From contig CM126203.1 of NCBI GenBank assembly GCA_052327205.1, forward strand, positions 101,246,001 to 101,310,000: DNA of 64,000 bases, in the 5' to 3' direction. Origin of the DNA: Somniosus microcephalus. Taxonomy: Eukaryota. Shown here piece after piece: positions 24,475-38,417 of the stretch. Position 1 is the stretch's first letter; every line of letters begins with the position of its first letter. A model generated the notes under the pieces. That model saw only the letters and a program-made list of their open reading frames with translations, made no database searches and had not been told where the DNA came from. The translations under genes and the position numbers were made by a program.

Positions 24475-26799
24475 CTAAAAAAAGCCAGAAAAAGATGAAG
24501 ATATTAACTTTTTAAACATACTTGAACCAGGAGAATTTCACAGTACAACTTAATTTGGCACTTAAAACCTATGCTAATTACATAGGCCAACATTAACCTA
24601 CATGAACTTTAAAATAAAGTTGCACATTAAGCTTTCCCCCTGCTCCTCTTCCTTTTTAGATCCCAAAATGCACCCAAGTAGCATGTCCTAACCAAGAGCA
24701 CTGGGGAGTGAACTTCTTCGAGACCTCGGTCAATGCTAATCTGTAGCCATCAATAAAAAAAGTGAAGACTCTCAACATTTCCTTCTCCCCTTGTGGAAAA
24801 GCACGCCACTTATTATTCAGTGCATGGACCTGCCAACTAGAAAACTATTGAAAGAAGATGCCCTGGGAATACCATGAATTCTATGTCCAATGTAAAGAAA
24901 TCAGTTATTTCAGTTGTTCTGTGCTGGGCCATGTGGTGATGAATTCATGCGACAGGAAAGAGGTGACAGACCAACCAGTCTCATCTCACACTGCTACATG
25001 CAAATTCAGAATAGTTGTGCTCTCCCTGGCCAGGTCAAATGGCTTCTAATAATCAGAAGTCAACAGTAAAATGGCAAAAAGCTTTGTTACGAAAGGGAAT
25101 AAAAAGTGGGACATGCATATATTTTTGCATCTATACAAAGTTCACAACAATACATTACATATTGTTAGTACATGCAAATATTTAACCATACTTAGAGATA
25201 CTTTGAGCAGAATAGTAAGGTTAAACACAATGCAAGCAGCATATAAATGCATGCTAATAAAGTAATCAATATTCATTTAGCCGAGTGCAGTCAGTAAACA
25301 CTGCACAACATTTAATGAAATTCTAGCCCACATGTTTCATAGATAATATGCTGAACATTCTAGAATTTGTTAAGAGTTTTGGCACAACTCTGAAGCTTCA
25401 CAGATACATTCATACAACTTTGTGACAAGGCACATCTTGCGAATTGCTGAAGGAATTCAGAGTAAATCTCGCCGTCTAGCACGTCGATCTCACTGTTGAT
25501 GGCGTGTCTCTATTTTCATGCATTTCTAATTAGAATATGCCACAGCAAGCATAGCCGCAAATTAGATGTGGCACAACCAACGGCTACTGAATGATAAGAG
25601 TTCACAGGCTGTGAGGGCCACTTTGGTCACTTTTCTAACAATTTCAAATGCAACTTTAATGTAATTAAAAAGAGAACTAAAGTGTAGTGCGAACAAAGTG
25701 ATGTATCTGAAAAACTGCAATAAATAAACAAAACTTACTAGCGGCTAAAAGAACATATACATTTTTAACTTCATTTGTTTTCAAACTTAGCGACACCAGG
25801 CTTGACTCTAGTAACTAAGCGAATACCATCGTGGTCTTTAATTAATAGGCTACATAGTCTCAATTTTAAATCTTACTAAATCTGTACAAGCTCTCCTCCT
25901 GTATGTGTCATAGCCCCTTGTTAAACTCATCATTGAGCACGCAAGAAACCTAATTGCTTGTCAGATAGTGCACACTCTTCAGTACAATAACTGTAATGTC
26001 GTGCCTGTTTTGGGAGCAAAGGGTTTGTGATGCCTGTCTCTTTCATCAACCCCACTTACCTAACTGCCCCCACAAAAAGATTAAGCTTGTAGATTTTAAG
26101 CACTTTTTTTGAGCGGGTCCACCTTATTAGAAGGAAAATCTCAGTCTGTTACAAACAACTGCATCACCTACAGCTGAAATGTACTGCACATCAATTTCAG
26201 GGACAATAACTGGGGGGTGGGGGGGAAAGAGAGACAGTTAGTTTCAGCCTCTGTCCCGTATGTGCTTTAGAGTCTGGAGTTCAAAGTGTTAACTAACCCA
26301 GCCTACTTATATGCAATATTTTATTTTGCTGAACATAGGAGTGTAAGCATAAGGCACTGTTCTTTCTTGGTATTTCCGCAAGTATGTAATCCTGAGTGTC
26401 AGATAAGTTGTATGCAGCCGCTGACTAACTTCCACAACACACATACTGGTAGATTTTGGTGTTGTGAAATTGACGATATTAGGCGACACTGGCAAAAAAG
26501 CACAGAACCTATGATGGGATTTACTGCAAATGAGAAGAAAAAGGAGGAAAGGGGAAAGAAACACTTCTTAAAAGAAAAGCGGAAAACAAGAAAAGGTAAC
26601 TTTTTTTTTTAAATGAATGAGATGGCACTATCCCAGGATTGATGATCTAGGTTTGTTACTTCTGGGGAAATGTAGAAACTTGACTCTGATTGTTTTATTT
26701 TATTTCCACTAATTATACAGGAATTGGTGCAATTCATTTTAGGAGGCATTTTACACATATTACTGTTAAGTGACAAAGACATATTCTAGATATTTATTT

Positions 26800-27725
26800 T
26801 CAAATCAAATCAACTTTTATTGTCATTGTTAGTGCACAAGTGCAGTACAACGAAATGTAGGCTTGCGGCTCCCGAGAGTGTACAATTTGGATTAGGACAC
26901 TTAAACATTCAACATACATTTATACATTTGGCTTGCAGTATATTAGCATAAATATGACCATAATAAAGTGCATTGGCAGATGTGCAGGCTTTAGTGTTTA
27001 TTTGTGGAGTTCAGTAGGATGACAGCCCTGGGAAAGAAGCTGTTCCTAAATCTGGTCGTACGGGTGCGAATGCATCTGTAGCGTCTTCCAGATGGTAGGA
27101 GGGCGAACAGACTGTGGCTGGGGTGGGTAGGGTCTTTGATGATGGACTGTGCCCTCCGTAGGCAGCGTTTCTGATATATATGCTCTACGGTCGGTAGCCG
27201 GGTGCCGGTAATGCGTTGGGCAGTTTTGACTACCCGCTGCAGGGCTTTCCGGTCATGGGAGCTACAGCTGCCATACCATACCGTGATACAGTTTGTCAGG
27301 ATGCTCTCTATAGTGCAGCGGTAGAAGTTAGAGAGGATCAGGGGTGACAGATTACATCCCTTCAGCCTCCTCAGGAAATATAGGCGCTGCTGGGCCTTCT
27401 TCACCAGAGAGGAGGTGTTGAGGGACCAGGAGAGGTCTTCCGTGATGTGGACTCCGAGGAACTTAAAGCTGGCCACCCTTTCCACCTCCGCCCCATTGAT
27501 GTGGATGGGGGTGTGACTTCCGCCTTTGGACTTCCTGAAGTCCACGATTATTTCCTTTGTTTTCTTGGTGTTAAGGGCCAGGTTGTTGTCGGCGCACCAC
27601 TTCACGAGATGCTGGACCTCCTCCCTGTAGGCTGACTCATCGTTGTTGGTGATCTGGCCTACTACCGTGGTGTCATCTGCAAACTTGATGATGGTGTTGG
27701 AACCATTAACAGCCACACAGTCGTA
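26800..27725 (-). mobile_element. 5'-truncated Rex1/Babar-like non-LTR retrotransposon with an intact RT C-terminal ORF (26991-27725)
   Basis: IIKFADDTTVVGQITNNDESAYREEV...KTKEIIVDFRK...FKFLGVHI..DLSW...KKAQQRLYFLRRLK...FYRCTIESILTNCITVWYG...LLPSGRRYR...SFFPRA with no stops; 3' UTR has AATAAA and an (ATTTG)n tail. Confidence 0.9.
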
Positions 27726-30239
27726 AACTGTAATGTCCCTTTTTGAATTTTGTGATTTTTGACAGTTTCACTGCTGGATTCTTCAAATCAAACAAAACAC
27801 ACCGCTGCCAGATCAGCATCGCCATTGCCATTATTTTTGAGTCAGCAGCATGAAAACTGCCATTAATCCAAGAAAATAGCAATCATCATTGATTTTAATG
27901 GAGGGCGGAGCTATAATTAACTTCTCAATGTTTTCAGTGAGAGTAACAGCGGAGTGGCGCACAAGTCTCAGGAAAATAATGACGTGGTGTATGTCACTTA
28001 CTCCATAATTTCCTCTTTCTATTGCGTTGTTCAAGGGTCCCTACATCATACATGCGCAAGTTCTCAGAAAAATATGACCATTACGTCTTCTATGAATAAA
28101 TGCCCAGCAGATCTCTTGCGGCACAGGTCAGAGAGATAAGCGAGAAGAAACTGCTGTGGCTTTTTTGTAAGCAGGAACAAGGATGTTACAGTAGGAATAA
28201 AATTGTGAGGGAAAGATTATGTAGGAAAGTTATAAAATATATATATAGTTTTTATTTTAAGCACTGTGGAGGAAATTCTTGAAGTTCAGAAGTATGAGGA
28301 GGTTTCAAGGTGTGCAAGAATTTGGGAGGGGGACTTACAGGAGTGGAAGAATTAGAAGGCATTTCAAGGGTACTGGAGGAGTGGGAAGGGGGAGTCTGGA
28401 TCATTTGGAAGCAATGGGAGCAGTGCAAGAGCACATGGTAATGCTTGGAAGAGGTTATGAACGTGGCAGTGCTGAGGTATGGAGAAGTGGCGTGCAGGTA
28501 TGGGACATGGGAATCATGGACTGGATTTTTTGCTGTACGTGGGAGGAGGGAATATATGTAGGATTAATGGACAGGGAGCATAGGTGTACAAACATTAGGG
28601 AGATTTCCCAGGATATGGCAATAGTGGAGGGGTATGCATTTTTGGAGCAGCGGGAACAGGGTAGCAGAGTGTGGCAGGATTGGATGAGATGTATAGAGTG
28701 CGAAGCACTGCGAGAGGGCTCAGAGCTTGTGGGAGCACTAGGAGATTGGTTTTGGGAAAGGGTCATAGTATTTTTAGGTTTTTGGGATTTGGAAATAGTG
28801 TCGGGTTTGGAAATATTAGGGAGAGGGTGCAAGGTTCTGAAGGATTGGAGAGAGAATATTTGGAGTGAGACCATTGGATCGGCTACAGCATGGGAGCATT
28901 GGGGTGACCAAGAGCGAGCATTATTGAGGGGACCGAGTGGCAGTACATTAGAGTGTTCAGTTATATTCAGTGAGGGGACCCAGGAGGATGTCACTTAACT
29001 GCCCATTAGCCTTTTGGGGGATGTTAACTGCTCTGGCACCAGTAACATTTGCTGCCAACAGTTTCACAGCCCACAGGTCTCATCCTCCCCAATGACCTTC
29101 TGGTTCTGAGCAGGAACCCGAAGATTTTGAAAGCAGACCAGCTATTAGATAGTATCCTGTTGCATTCCCAGCTGTGATCAAGTTGCTTAGATCACTTATT
29201 GTACTTTTACTCTACGGTGGGAGGGAGGCTGAGCATCAAAGACAGGGTGTTCACCAATAGGCACAGCCACTAACAAAACAATGACAGGGACATGAGAGGC
29301 TGACCATACAAATGCCGGACAAGAATTTTGAACCAATTTATCTGAATCAGTGATTCTCAAACATTTTCAGGTTGAGCCCCCCCACCCCCAAAAACACACT
29401 CACCCACTCCTCGCTGATGGTACTCACCCTGGCAAATCTACATGAAAATATCCTCTCCTCCTTCACTTTTGTTTCTTTCACACTGTGGGCATGGGATTTT
29501 ATTGTTTTATAATAGGTGTGATCACACCTTGTAGGGAATAACATCAAGGCCACTCAATTAGAGTGACTGAATAAGTAAAATTCTATTTTTAGTAAATGGT
29601 ATTTTGGGATTTGTTTTTAAACTGGGGAAGGGGAAGATGGTGAGAAGTCTCAAATTTTGTTATGGATAAATCAATCGAAGAACAGGCTTCTGATTTTAAA
29701 AATAAAGTATATTTAAGAATGGGCCTCAGATTTGAAACAAATAATTCTAAGAACATGTCTCTGATGTTGGTCAATGAGCTTGGGAGTGGAAAAAGCAGAC
29801 TGAGCTTCTCATCAGTGAAGCAGGAGTGGGTAAGAGGCACAGCATGGGGCCAGCAGGAAAAGCAATTCTCAGTTTAAAAGTAAACTTAAAGCATGAATAT
29901 GATTATTAATGCTTGTTAAAAGACAAATGTGACATTTAAAAGTTCAAAGTTAAAGTTAAAAACCAACTTATCTTCCAGGATAATCATTAGTGAAAAAATT
30001 AGATGGCATCTGAAATGGGCGAAACAGCTCAAACTTCTTCCACAGCCACCCAATTTCACAATAAAGACAACACTTATACAGACATAGGAATGGGAAAAAG
30101 TTGATACAAAATGTCTGATGAAAACCTGAAGAGAAATTTAAGTTGTGTGGACAGGAAGTGCAAGCAAAAATCGGTAGCGAGATAGGCCCCTTGACATCCA
30201 TATTCCAGATACTATGTACACCCCCAAATCCTCAGACAG

Positions 30240-30241
<2 letters not shown>

Positions 30242-30272
<31 letters not shown>
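30242..30272. repeat. (AG)n microsatellite
   Basis: Direct reading. Confidence 0.95.
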
Positions 30273-30276
<4 letters not shown>

Positions 30277-31026
30277 AAGAGAATTCCTTCTCATTTTGAA
30301 AAGCAAATAAAAATCGAGTACAAAACTAATCACAGCTAGGCTATAAAACACCAAAACTTACTAGATATTTTATAATATTCTGCATGCCCTCAAAAGGTTA
30401 AAATAAGTCCTCAGGAACTTCATATTATAAAGAAATCAACAGTAACCCTACAACCGTAAACTATCCAGGATCCTTCTGGTCAGAATTTAAATAACCCAAA
30501 AAAGACGTGAGCTCCACATTTTAAAATACACGCATTTCAAAATCATATGCCAAACATCTCTCACAAAACCTATGCAATGTGAAATTTCTCAAGCTCCAGC
30601 TAACCCCAATAAAGTTCATACTTCACCTAGTTACATTTATTCTGAGAAATAAACTTTGCTAACTATAACTAAAAAAAATTCAGTATCACCAATAAAGTAG
30701 ATTTCTTTACCAGTCAGTCCTTCAGATGTATGCAAACAATTAGTTATTTACGAATCAAAAGGCTCATTTACCAGCAACTTTAGCTGTTAAAAACAACTCA
30801 TCTTCATCTGACCAATGCTTATTTTAAGTTCTTCTGATGCAAATAATGAAATAATTGCAGCTAGATCAACTGGGGTAGTGTAGGAAGTGAGCACCACATG
30901 TTCCAAAAGGAAATTTCTGGAACAACCAACCATCCTACATTCAATTTGTTAACCCATCCACAATATCCCATGGATAATGAATAATTAACCCCAGAACAGG
31001 ACGCAACAGATCTCAGATTCACTTAC

Positions 31027-31160
31027 CAAACAGTGCTGTCAACTTGGTCCAAAGAATGCTGACTATAGTCAAGCTGTGCAAACAATGGGAAAAGCACCTG
31101 GACACCACCAATTGAATGTATAGCACTTTGTACAGAATGTGTGACAACAGCTTTTACATC
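31027..31160 (-). CDS. LRBA: LRBA coding exon (134 nt)
   Basis: [44 protein letters not shown](C); TATAG| acceptor, TG|GTAAGT donor. Confidence 0.96.
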
Positions 31161-31841
31161 CTATATAAAAAAAAATCCAAGTTTAAAATCAAAAATCTTT
31201 AAAGATGAACTTTGAACTTAAACCTTCACACAAATATTTTGGATGTGGGAGAGGAGAAAACTTGTATATATCTGAAGTTTCTTAAAACTAGATAAAGCAT
31301 TGAAAACAAAACCAACTAATATGATTATAGTTTGATCAGTCAGATTTTTCATACTTTGGAATTATTTTAAACAAACTTTTAAAGTTGAGTTATATACTAT
31401 ACTTAAAGCTACAGCTCCAATATGACCTTTACAAGTTCAATGAAATCCTTCAATAAGTAACAAAGCTTACGTCTACATATTTTATTCATATAAATAGATC
31501 ATATGTACAGATTAAAAACTAATCTTACTTTTGTTTTGCATATATTCAGTACTTACCAGACTAGCAATAAAAACAAGACAAAATTGAAAATGACGGTAGC
31601 TCAGAGCCTTTAAAATTCATATGCATGGGGTGTTCTAAACACCTGAATTGTGTAGAAGTAGCTAGCTTAAATTTTGAGGAACTTATTCCCTCATTTATGA
31701 CATTTTATCATAGCAAATATCTGTCTGCAACATTCCCTGACTGTTTCAGATGTTGCAGTTAATAATATATTTTCCAACAGCAAAGCCATTTGTTGCACTT
31801 TTACCAGTGCAATGCAGCTATCTACAGAATTTGGCTTTTAC

Positions 31842-32039
31842 CTGAAGCATGAGAGCATGTGGAGAATGAACAAAAATAGATGGATTATCCTTAGGGGATG
31901 ATTCTAGACAGAGCTGAGCATCTGTAGCCTTTGGGTTGTACGTGAATGCAATGCTACTAGACAGTTTGCCATCATAGAGCAATGACTTGTGATGTTCAGC
32001 AAGCAAGAGGTCACTTTCTGCCTTGAATTTGAAAGTACC
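31842..32039 (-). CDS. LRBA: LRBA coding exon (198 nt)
   Basis: [66 protein letters not shown]; TTCCAG| acceptor, CAG|GTAAAA donor. Confidence 0.96.
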
Positions 32040-32339
32040 CTGGAAAAGCAGAAAAATTTCAGATCAGTACCTCAACTCATTAAATAAAATGACGCCCAAG
32101 TTTATTTACTGATACAGGCTGACTCATTTCCCACAGCTTAACAAGGCATGCAAACTTTAAAACTGTACTGTCGACTGACTTATGTGGTATTGAGTTTACC
32201 TGTAATGTTACAACTGTATAATTTTTAAAAAAATCAAGAGCAAGCATCACTTCTGAACTTCAAGCTAATAGACAAAATTTCCACCTGACTCCCAGTAGCA
32301 GTGCAGAGGATTGACGTACAACCCTGATTTAAGCTGCAC

Positions 32340-32440
32340 TGACCTGAAAAAGATGGTTTCAACCCGAAACGTCAACTCAAATTTTTCTCCACGGATGTTG
32401 CCTGACCTGCTGAGTTTTTCCAGCATTCTCTTTTGTTATT
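32340..32440 (+). mobile_element. Penelope-type terminal repeat fragment with a degenerate minimal hammerhead core
   Basis: CTGAAAAAGATGGTTTCAACCCGAAACGTC followed by CTCCACGGATGTTGCCTGACCTGCTGAGTTTTTCCAGCATT; homologous to 42582-42682. Confidence 0.65.
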
Positions 32441-32885
32441 TTGCCAAATCTTAAGTTTGGTCTATATTACCACTGGCTTATTATTGAAATCCCAGAAAGC
32501 TCAATTAGGTTTTCTGGGATGAGACTGTGGTAATGGCATATAAACAATTGCAAAGAGTTATGTACATAATACACAAAACAGTAATTTTAAAGCAAATCAA
32601 ACAGTTCACATCATAACATGGTCATTAGGCCAAAGAATACCAGCATTTATATAAAGTCTAGCATTTCACTTTCCAGTAAAAATGGTGGCTTTGGAAGTGA
32701 GTTCAAGAACATGACACCACAGTAAAATAGGGGCATGTTTATACAACACAAGTTTCAATTCTACTTAACTAGGAATACAAGATGCAACGTGCCCAGTCTA
32801 CCCTACTTTCACAGAAACCTATGTGCGATTGGCACATATGCAAAAGTGTCCAAAACAAAGTCAGTTTACTTTCTCTCACAATATT

Positions 32886-34150
32886 ACATAGAATTAACAG
32901 CACAGAAATAAGCCAGTCGGCCCAATAGGTCTCTACCGATGTTTTTGTTCCACGGGTCTCCTCCCACCTTACTTCATCTCACCCATCACCATATCTTCTA
33001 TTCCTTTGTCCCTCATGTATTTATCTAGCTTCCCCATAAATGCCTCTGTGCTATTTGCCTCAACCACTCAATGTGGTAGTGAGTTCTACATTCTCACCAC
33101 TCTAAATAAATAACTTTCTCCTGAATTCCTTATTGGATTTATTAGTGACTATCTTATATTTATGATCCCTAGTTTTGGACTCTCCAAGTGGAAACATCTT
33201 CTCTACAACTACCCTCTCAAAAGCGTTTATAATTTTGAAGACCTCGATCGGGTCACCGCTCAGTCTTCTCTTTTCGAGAGAAAAGAGCCCAGCCTGTTCA
33301 GTCTTTCCTGATAGTTGTTCCCGCTCAGTTCTGGTATCATCCATGTAAATCTTTTTTGCACTTTCTACAGTGCTTCTATATCTTTTTTGTAATATTAAGA
33401 CCAGAACTGTGCACGGTACTCCACACGTGGTCTAGCTAAGGATCTATACAATTTTAACATCACTTCTCGAACAGTTTTCAAATTCTATTCCTCTCGAAAT
33501 GAACCCAAGTGCTTTGTTTGCACTTTTTTATGGCTTTGTTAACCTGCATTGCTACTTTAATAAAGTTTGAGTCAGTTCTCCTAGATCCCTTTATACCTCT
33601 GCCCCATTTCGATTCTTATTTTTCCAAAAAGTAGGTGGTCTCCTTATTCCTCATACCAAAATGCACCACCTCACACTTCTCTATATTGAAACTTATTTGC
33701 CATTTACATGCCCATTCTGCAAGTTTGTTAACGTCTTCTTTTATTTTAGCACATTCATCCTCAGTATTAACGATACCCCTGCCCCGCACCAAAATTTGGT
33801 GTTGTCCGCAAATGCTGATATAGTACTTCCGATTCCAGAGGCCAAATCATGTAAATCGTGAACAATGGTCCCAACACTGATCCCCGTGGATCACCACCTT
33901 TGTTAGTCTGAGTAACTACCTTTAAGCCCTACTCTATCTTTTCTGTTTTGTAGCCAGCTTGCTATCCAATCTGCTACTTGTCCCCGACTCGACATGCTCT
34001 GCCCTTAGTCTCGAGTCTACCATGTGGTAACTTACTGAAGGCCTTTTGCAAGTCCATGGGGGAAAAATTCGGTAGCTTTGCACCTCCCATTAGCGCCCTA
34101 AGAGGGCTATCATTACCTGGATTTGTTCCATCTCCCTTTTTAAATATAAG
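32886..34150 (-). mobile_element. CR1 LINE 3' fragment; carries a short Harbinger-MITE end at ~34058-34110
   Basis: GLFSLEKRRL.GD.IEVFKI...ESKTRDHKYKI and MDLQKAFSKLPHGRL remnants; the insert GGGGGAAAAATTCGG...TTAGCGCCCTAAGAGGGC resembles 43901-43950. Confidence 0.8.
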
Positions 34151-35140
34151 CAGTATAGGATTGCCACCTTCAAAAAGGGGGGGGGGGGGGGGTGGGAGAG
34201 AGGTAAAGTATATAATTTCATAATTGGGCTGTTTATTACAGCTGTCTGATTTAAATTCACTTGCAACAATTACTGAAGAGTTTCTATTGTGTGTGCTTAG
34301 ATTCACAAAACTAAAAAAGGTCCAATCTGGAGCTCGCCACATTCAAATGCATGTTTAACTTTGGAGTAAATATACAGTGTAAGTTTTCAACTATGCATGA
34401 AAAAGGGATGGGGGACAGGCATGAAGAGCATTATTACTACTTTGAAAAAGATTTTAAGTCAGCCTGAGGCACAGGTGAATTATTAACATTACTTTATTCT
34501 TACTGATTTTTTTCCATTCACAGCAATCAATCTACTTTATGAAATAATCAGTTGTCTTCTACAGGTGTTACTGGATTGAGATTGCAAATTATGCAGTACT
34601 GCATTATTGGGCAGAAATGTACCAACTATAGAGGACATCTTTAATTTTGCACTGATTAAGTCACATCATATGTGCAATGTTAATTTTTGTTTCACACTGT
34701 AGTTTTGGCATTACTTCTCGAAGCTGCACGTCAGCACTGAGGTAAAAGACTAGTCGCTATTTGTTACTCGCCCTTTGACAGCCACCATTATAGATCCACA
34801 TTAGTTTTTGTATCATAAACATTTATAAATTTGATTGAGACATGCTGCATTTCGAATATTAGATCACAGCTTCCACAGCACAATCTTAGTATTTCCCAAA
34901 TTAAAGGTAACCAATAACAAAATTCTATGAGTAGCATAAATGTTAATAGAGGATCACCTTCAGCATTAATGACTAAAGTCACTACAAGAAGTCTTGTAAA
35001 TTTGCTGTTAATCCAAACTGTTAAGAGCTGCAATTAATTTAAATTCTGTAGTAACCATTTATTGATATGCAGCCTAGTGAATCACATCTCAAAATCAAAG
35101 GTGTCAGGTATCTTCAAACTAAATTTTTGCCTTAGAATAC

Positions 35141-35287
35141 CTTATATCCAGGGCCAAGTTGATATATTGCAAATATCTGTGCTGCATTTAGAGCTTCAGC
35201 AAAGACATAAACTGCTCCAAGTTGCCCACAGAATACTCGATTCGCATCTGCTGTTTCTGAAGATCCCAGGAAACATTTGTCAAATGT
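35141..35287 (-). CDS. LRBA: LRBA coding exon (147 nt)
   Basis: TFDKCFLGSSETADANRVFCGQLGAVYVFAEALNAAQIFAIYQLGPGYK; TTTTAG| acceptor, AAG|GTATTC donor. Confidence 0.96.
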
Positions 35288-37310
35288 CTAAAAACAAAAA
35301 CTTACTGATTAGGTTATAATGTGCACATTACGCAACTTTTTAAATTCAAATTTTGAATTTCTTAACTAAAAATTGATATTTACAAAACACAGGCTTTTTG
35401 AAGGAAAGATCAGCTACCATGTAGGCTCATCTTCATTCTTTGAATGTAAACACCCTCCACAAGCCAAATGAGTCTTTAGCAAGTTTGAGTGTTTGTGAAG
35501 CCATATTAGGACGTTGCTCACATAACTTCTTGCATTCCTCCAATATGAAGGGTATGCCCCACCCGTGTCTTTAAGGTAGTGGTACCACATCCCATGCGTT
35601 TCCCTGTGTGGAACTTAAAAGTAGGCAGATTGGGAAATCAGTCTGTGCAGGATGCCTACACTCTCAGAATGAAACTGACCATAAAGTGGGAAATACTTTA
35701 TTCCTTTAGGAACCTTCATATACTTCTGTAGATTGACCAAGTAATGTAAGTCATAAATTGGGCAGGAACCAAAACTCACTAAATCCAAGCAATAATGCTG
35801 TGAACCCCACATAATCCATGTTGCAATTCTGTAAATACTTTTCATAGAAACTTGCTTCACTTCAGCTCACAAGGTAGCCTGCGAGAAAATAGAATGTCCC
35901 TTGACTGAACCCGAGAATTACCTGCTTACCAAGTAGTAACAGAATTAATTGTGCTAACCTTTATTTAGAAATTAACTTGCCATGGACTTTCAGACCATAG
36001 GCAATGTACAATTTCCAGGAACTACAAAGAATTTGTAGGGTATACATAAAATGCCATGGCCCCAACACATCGGCAAAGTGAAACAAATTTGTCAATTAAT
36101 ATGGGGAGGGTAGGAGGATAATATAACTGCTGCTGGAGATGGAACTGGGAAACTATTTGAACAGAAACCTAGGGTGAAGCCACTGAGATTTGTAAGGGAA
36201 ATACCATGTAAACTGCCTGAGGGTGCCTATATAATATGGAGTTTAGCTGTTGATCCTAGTGCTGGGAAGTAAATAGTTAATACAGGCAGTTAAGAAATTA
36301 AGTCAGAGTCATTATCCCTTGCTTGGATCCAAGGAAGAAGCATTTAGAGTGGTAAACAGGTCATGACCCCCTCATATTTGTGTGACTCCCTTTGTTAAAA
36401 GCAAGGCTGTAAGGTAGGGGAGGGTTGTAAAAGTGCGGCTGACCTATCTGGAAATCCATACTTCAGTACTGACTTGAGGACACAAAAAAGGGGTGAGACC
36501 TTTTGACACATGAGTCAGTTAGAAGTAAGAGTTTTTCTTTGTCTTTGGTAGAAGTAGCAGTTTTCTTGGTCTGTGTATTAAGCAGAAGACATCTTTTCTC
36601 TATTCTTCTTCTGTAAGAACTTTTACTTAGCACATGTATGAGCTACCCTTACCAATACAAGGTACCTTGAAGGACAGAGTGCCAAAAACTAAGCTGTGGC
36701 TACACCAACTGTTCAGGCAGAGCTAAGTGTCACTTAATGGAATTCAGCTGTTGAACACTATTAAGTGTCCAGATACCCAACTTTAAGTAGTCAGAGATTG
36801 AGAAAGACAAGAGGGAAGCCAGCTCAGATATTGTCACTCGTATGCAAGGTGGGTTCAGTCGGAATCAAAAGATCCAAGTGAAAGAGATAACTCCACTACA
36901 AAGGGGTCCATTGATTCAGTAATCCAGAAGCTATTGCTTGCACCAGGGAAGGAAGGAGATTGACTCAACCACACTGCTAGTGAGGATGAGTTTGTGTAAG
37001 CTCTGAACGATGTTAATCACACACGTAATCTTGAGCTATTTGATTGACTAGCTATTCAAAGCTGTTAACTTGTCAGTTATCTAAGGAATTAATTTCTAAA
37101 GAAATCTTAATTTATAACTTCAGCCTTTGGTTGCTGCTATAGATAATACTTAGCATCCATAACCGCTGATTTAGTGATACACTGAATTGGCTGTACAACC
37201 TTTGCTACTTGTTTTAAGTAACTCTGTTCATGCTACTAAACTGCTAGGTAACTCTGATTACATTTATGCATATCAGGTGCCCAACTTTAAGTTGTGACTT
37301 GTAACCAATA

Positions 37311-37639
37311 CAGGAAACTGTGTGTTATCCGGAGGCTAAATGTCCGGCAAGCTCGAGCCACCGGCAAAAATCAGGAGCCGTTTTGTTAGGTTTTTTTTCT
37401 TCTCGTGGCTTTTTTTTTCCCCCCCCAACAGTCAGGCTCTGCAAAGTTTCTCTGAAGCTGTTGCTAAGCGACAGACGCTGCCAAGGTACGGCTGACTGTT
37501 TAGAAGCTGTTGCTAAGCAACAGTGTCTGTTGCCAGATACGGAGCTCCGTATGCTTCAACATTAACGCTGGTTTGTCCGGCAGTTGAGGGAACGGCAACA
37601 GCTCGGTCCCGTCGGTGCCGGATAGCACAAAGTTTCCTG
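37311..37639. mobile_element. Tigger-like MITE, copy 3
   Basis: TA|CAGGAAACTGTGTGTTATCCGG...CCGGATAGCACAAAGTTTCCTG|TA; the internal segment CTGAAGCTGTTGCTAAGC is shared with copy 1. Confidence 0.87.
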
Positions 37640-38417
37640 TAAATAGTGTTTAGTGCATGACTTGTGGTCTGCTTTTTCCTTGATGATTTGGCAAGAGTTA
37701 ATTCACTCAATCAGCATCTTGCAGGTAACCTAATCGAGGGTTAATAAATAAAATTCATTTTGATCCAAACTGGTTAGTGCAAGACGGTTTGGCAAGCCAA
37801 GTCAATGCTCATTCCTCACTAGACCTGCATTGGGAGATAAACCCCCAGGTGAATCCTGAGTGAGGAATTCACAGAGGACATTAAGGATTTGTCTAGCTCC
37901 TTCGCATATATTTGTCAGGATACCAAAACTCAGCTTTCTTACAGCATATGGTCATTGTGCTATATTAGGAAGGATGGATCAACTATTGTCTTAAGCTTAC
38001 TAAATTTGTTGAGCTAAATATCAGAACTAAGAGCAAAAGTGTTTTCGTAAGAATTCAAACAGTTTGAAAGGAGGACAAGTTAGAATATGATTTAAATCCT
38101 ATACAGTCACCAAGGAAAGCATAGGGGACTTAATTTTCACATCCCTTTCATAAAGAGAGAAATAAGGGGAATAGAGGTCAGTGAAATGGATGAAGTTCCT
38201 GGAAAGCTACTGTTAAATGCATTTTTATATCTTAAAAGTATTTCCAACTTCCAAATGTCACATGACTCAACTGCTGGAAGTTAAAGAGTTAGTTAATTGT
38301 GCAATTATGTTAGGTACCAGACATGCTGAAAATGGAAATGCAATTCAAGTTAATAACACATCTTCAGAAGTATCCTTTAACAATGCACTGAACCCCAAAA
38401 TCTGATCCTTTTCCCCA

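Noticed and set aside
28279-28998. Overlapping 239-aa and 179-aa ORFs on opposite strands
   Set aside because: Purine-skewed low-complexity stretch with no recognisable domain or splice context; probably the interior of a degenerate repeat.
35131-35140. Possible U12-type donor (GTATTCT)
   Set aside because: It does not match GTATCCTT, and AAG|GTA is an adequate U2 donor.
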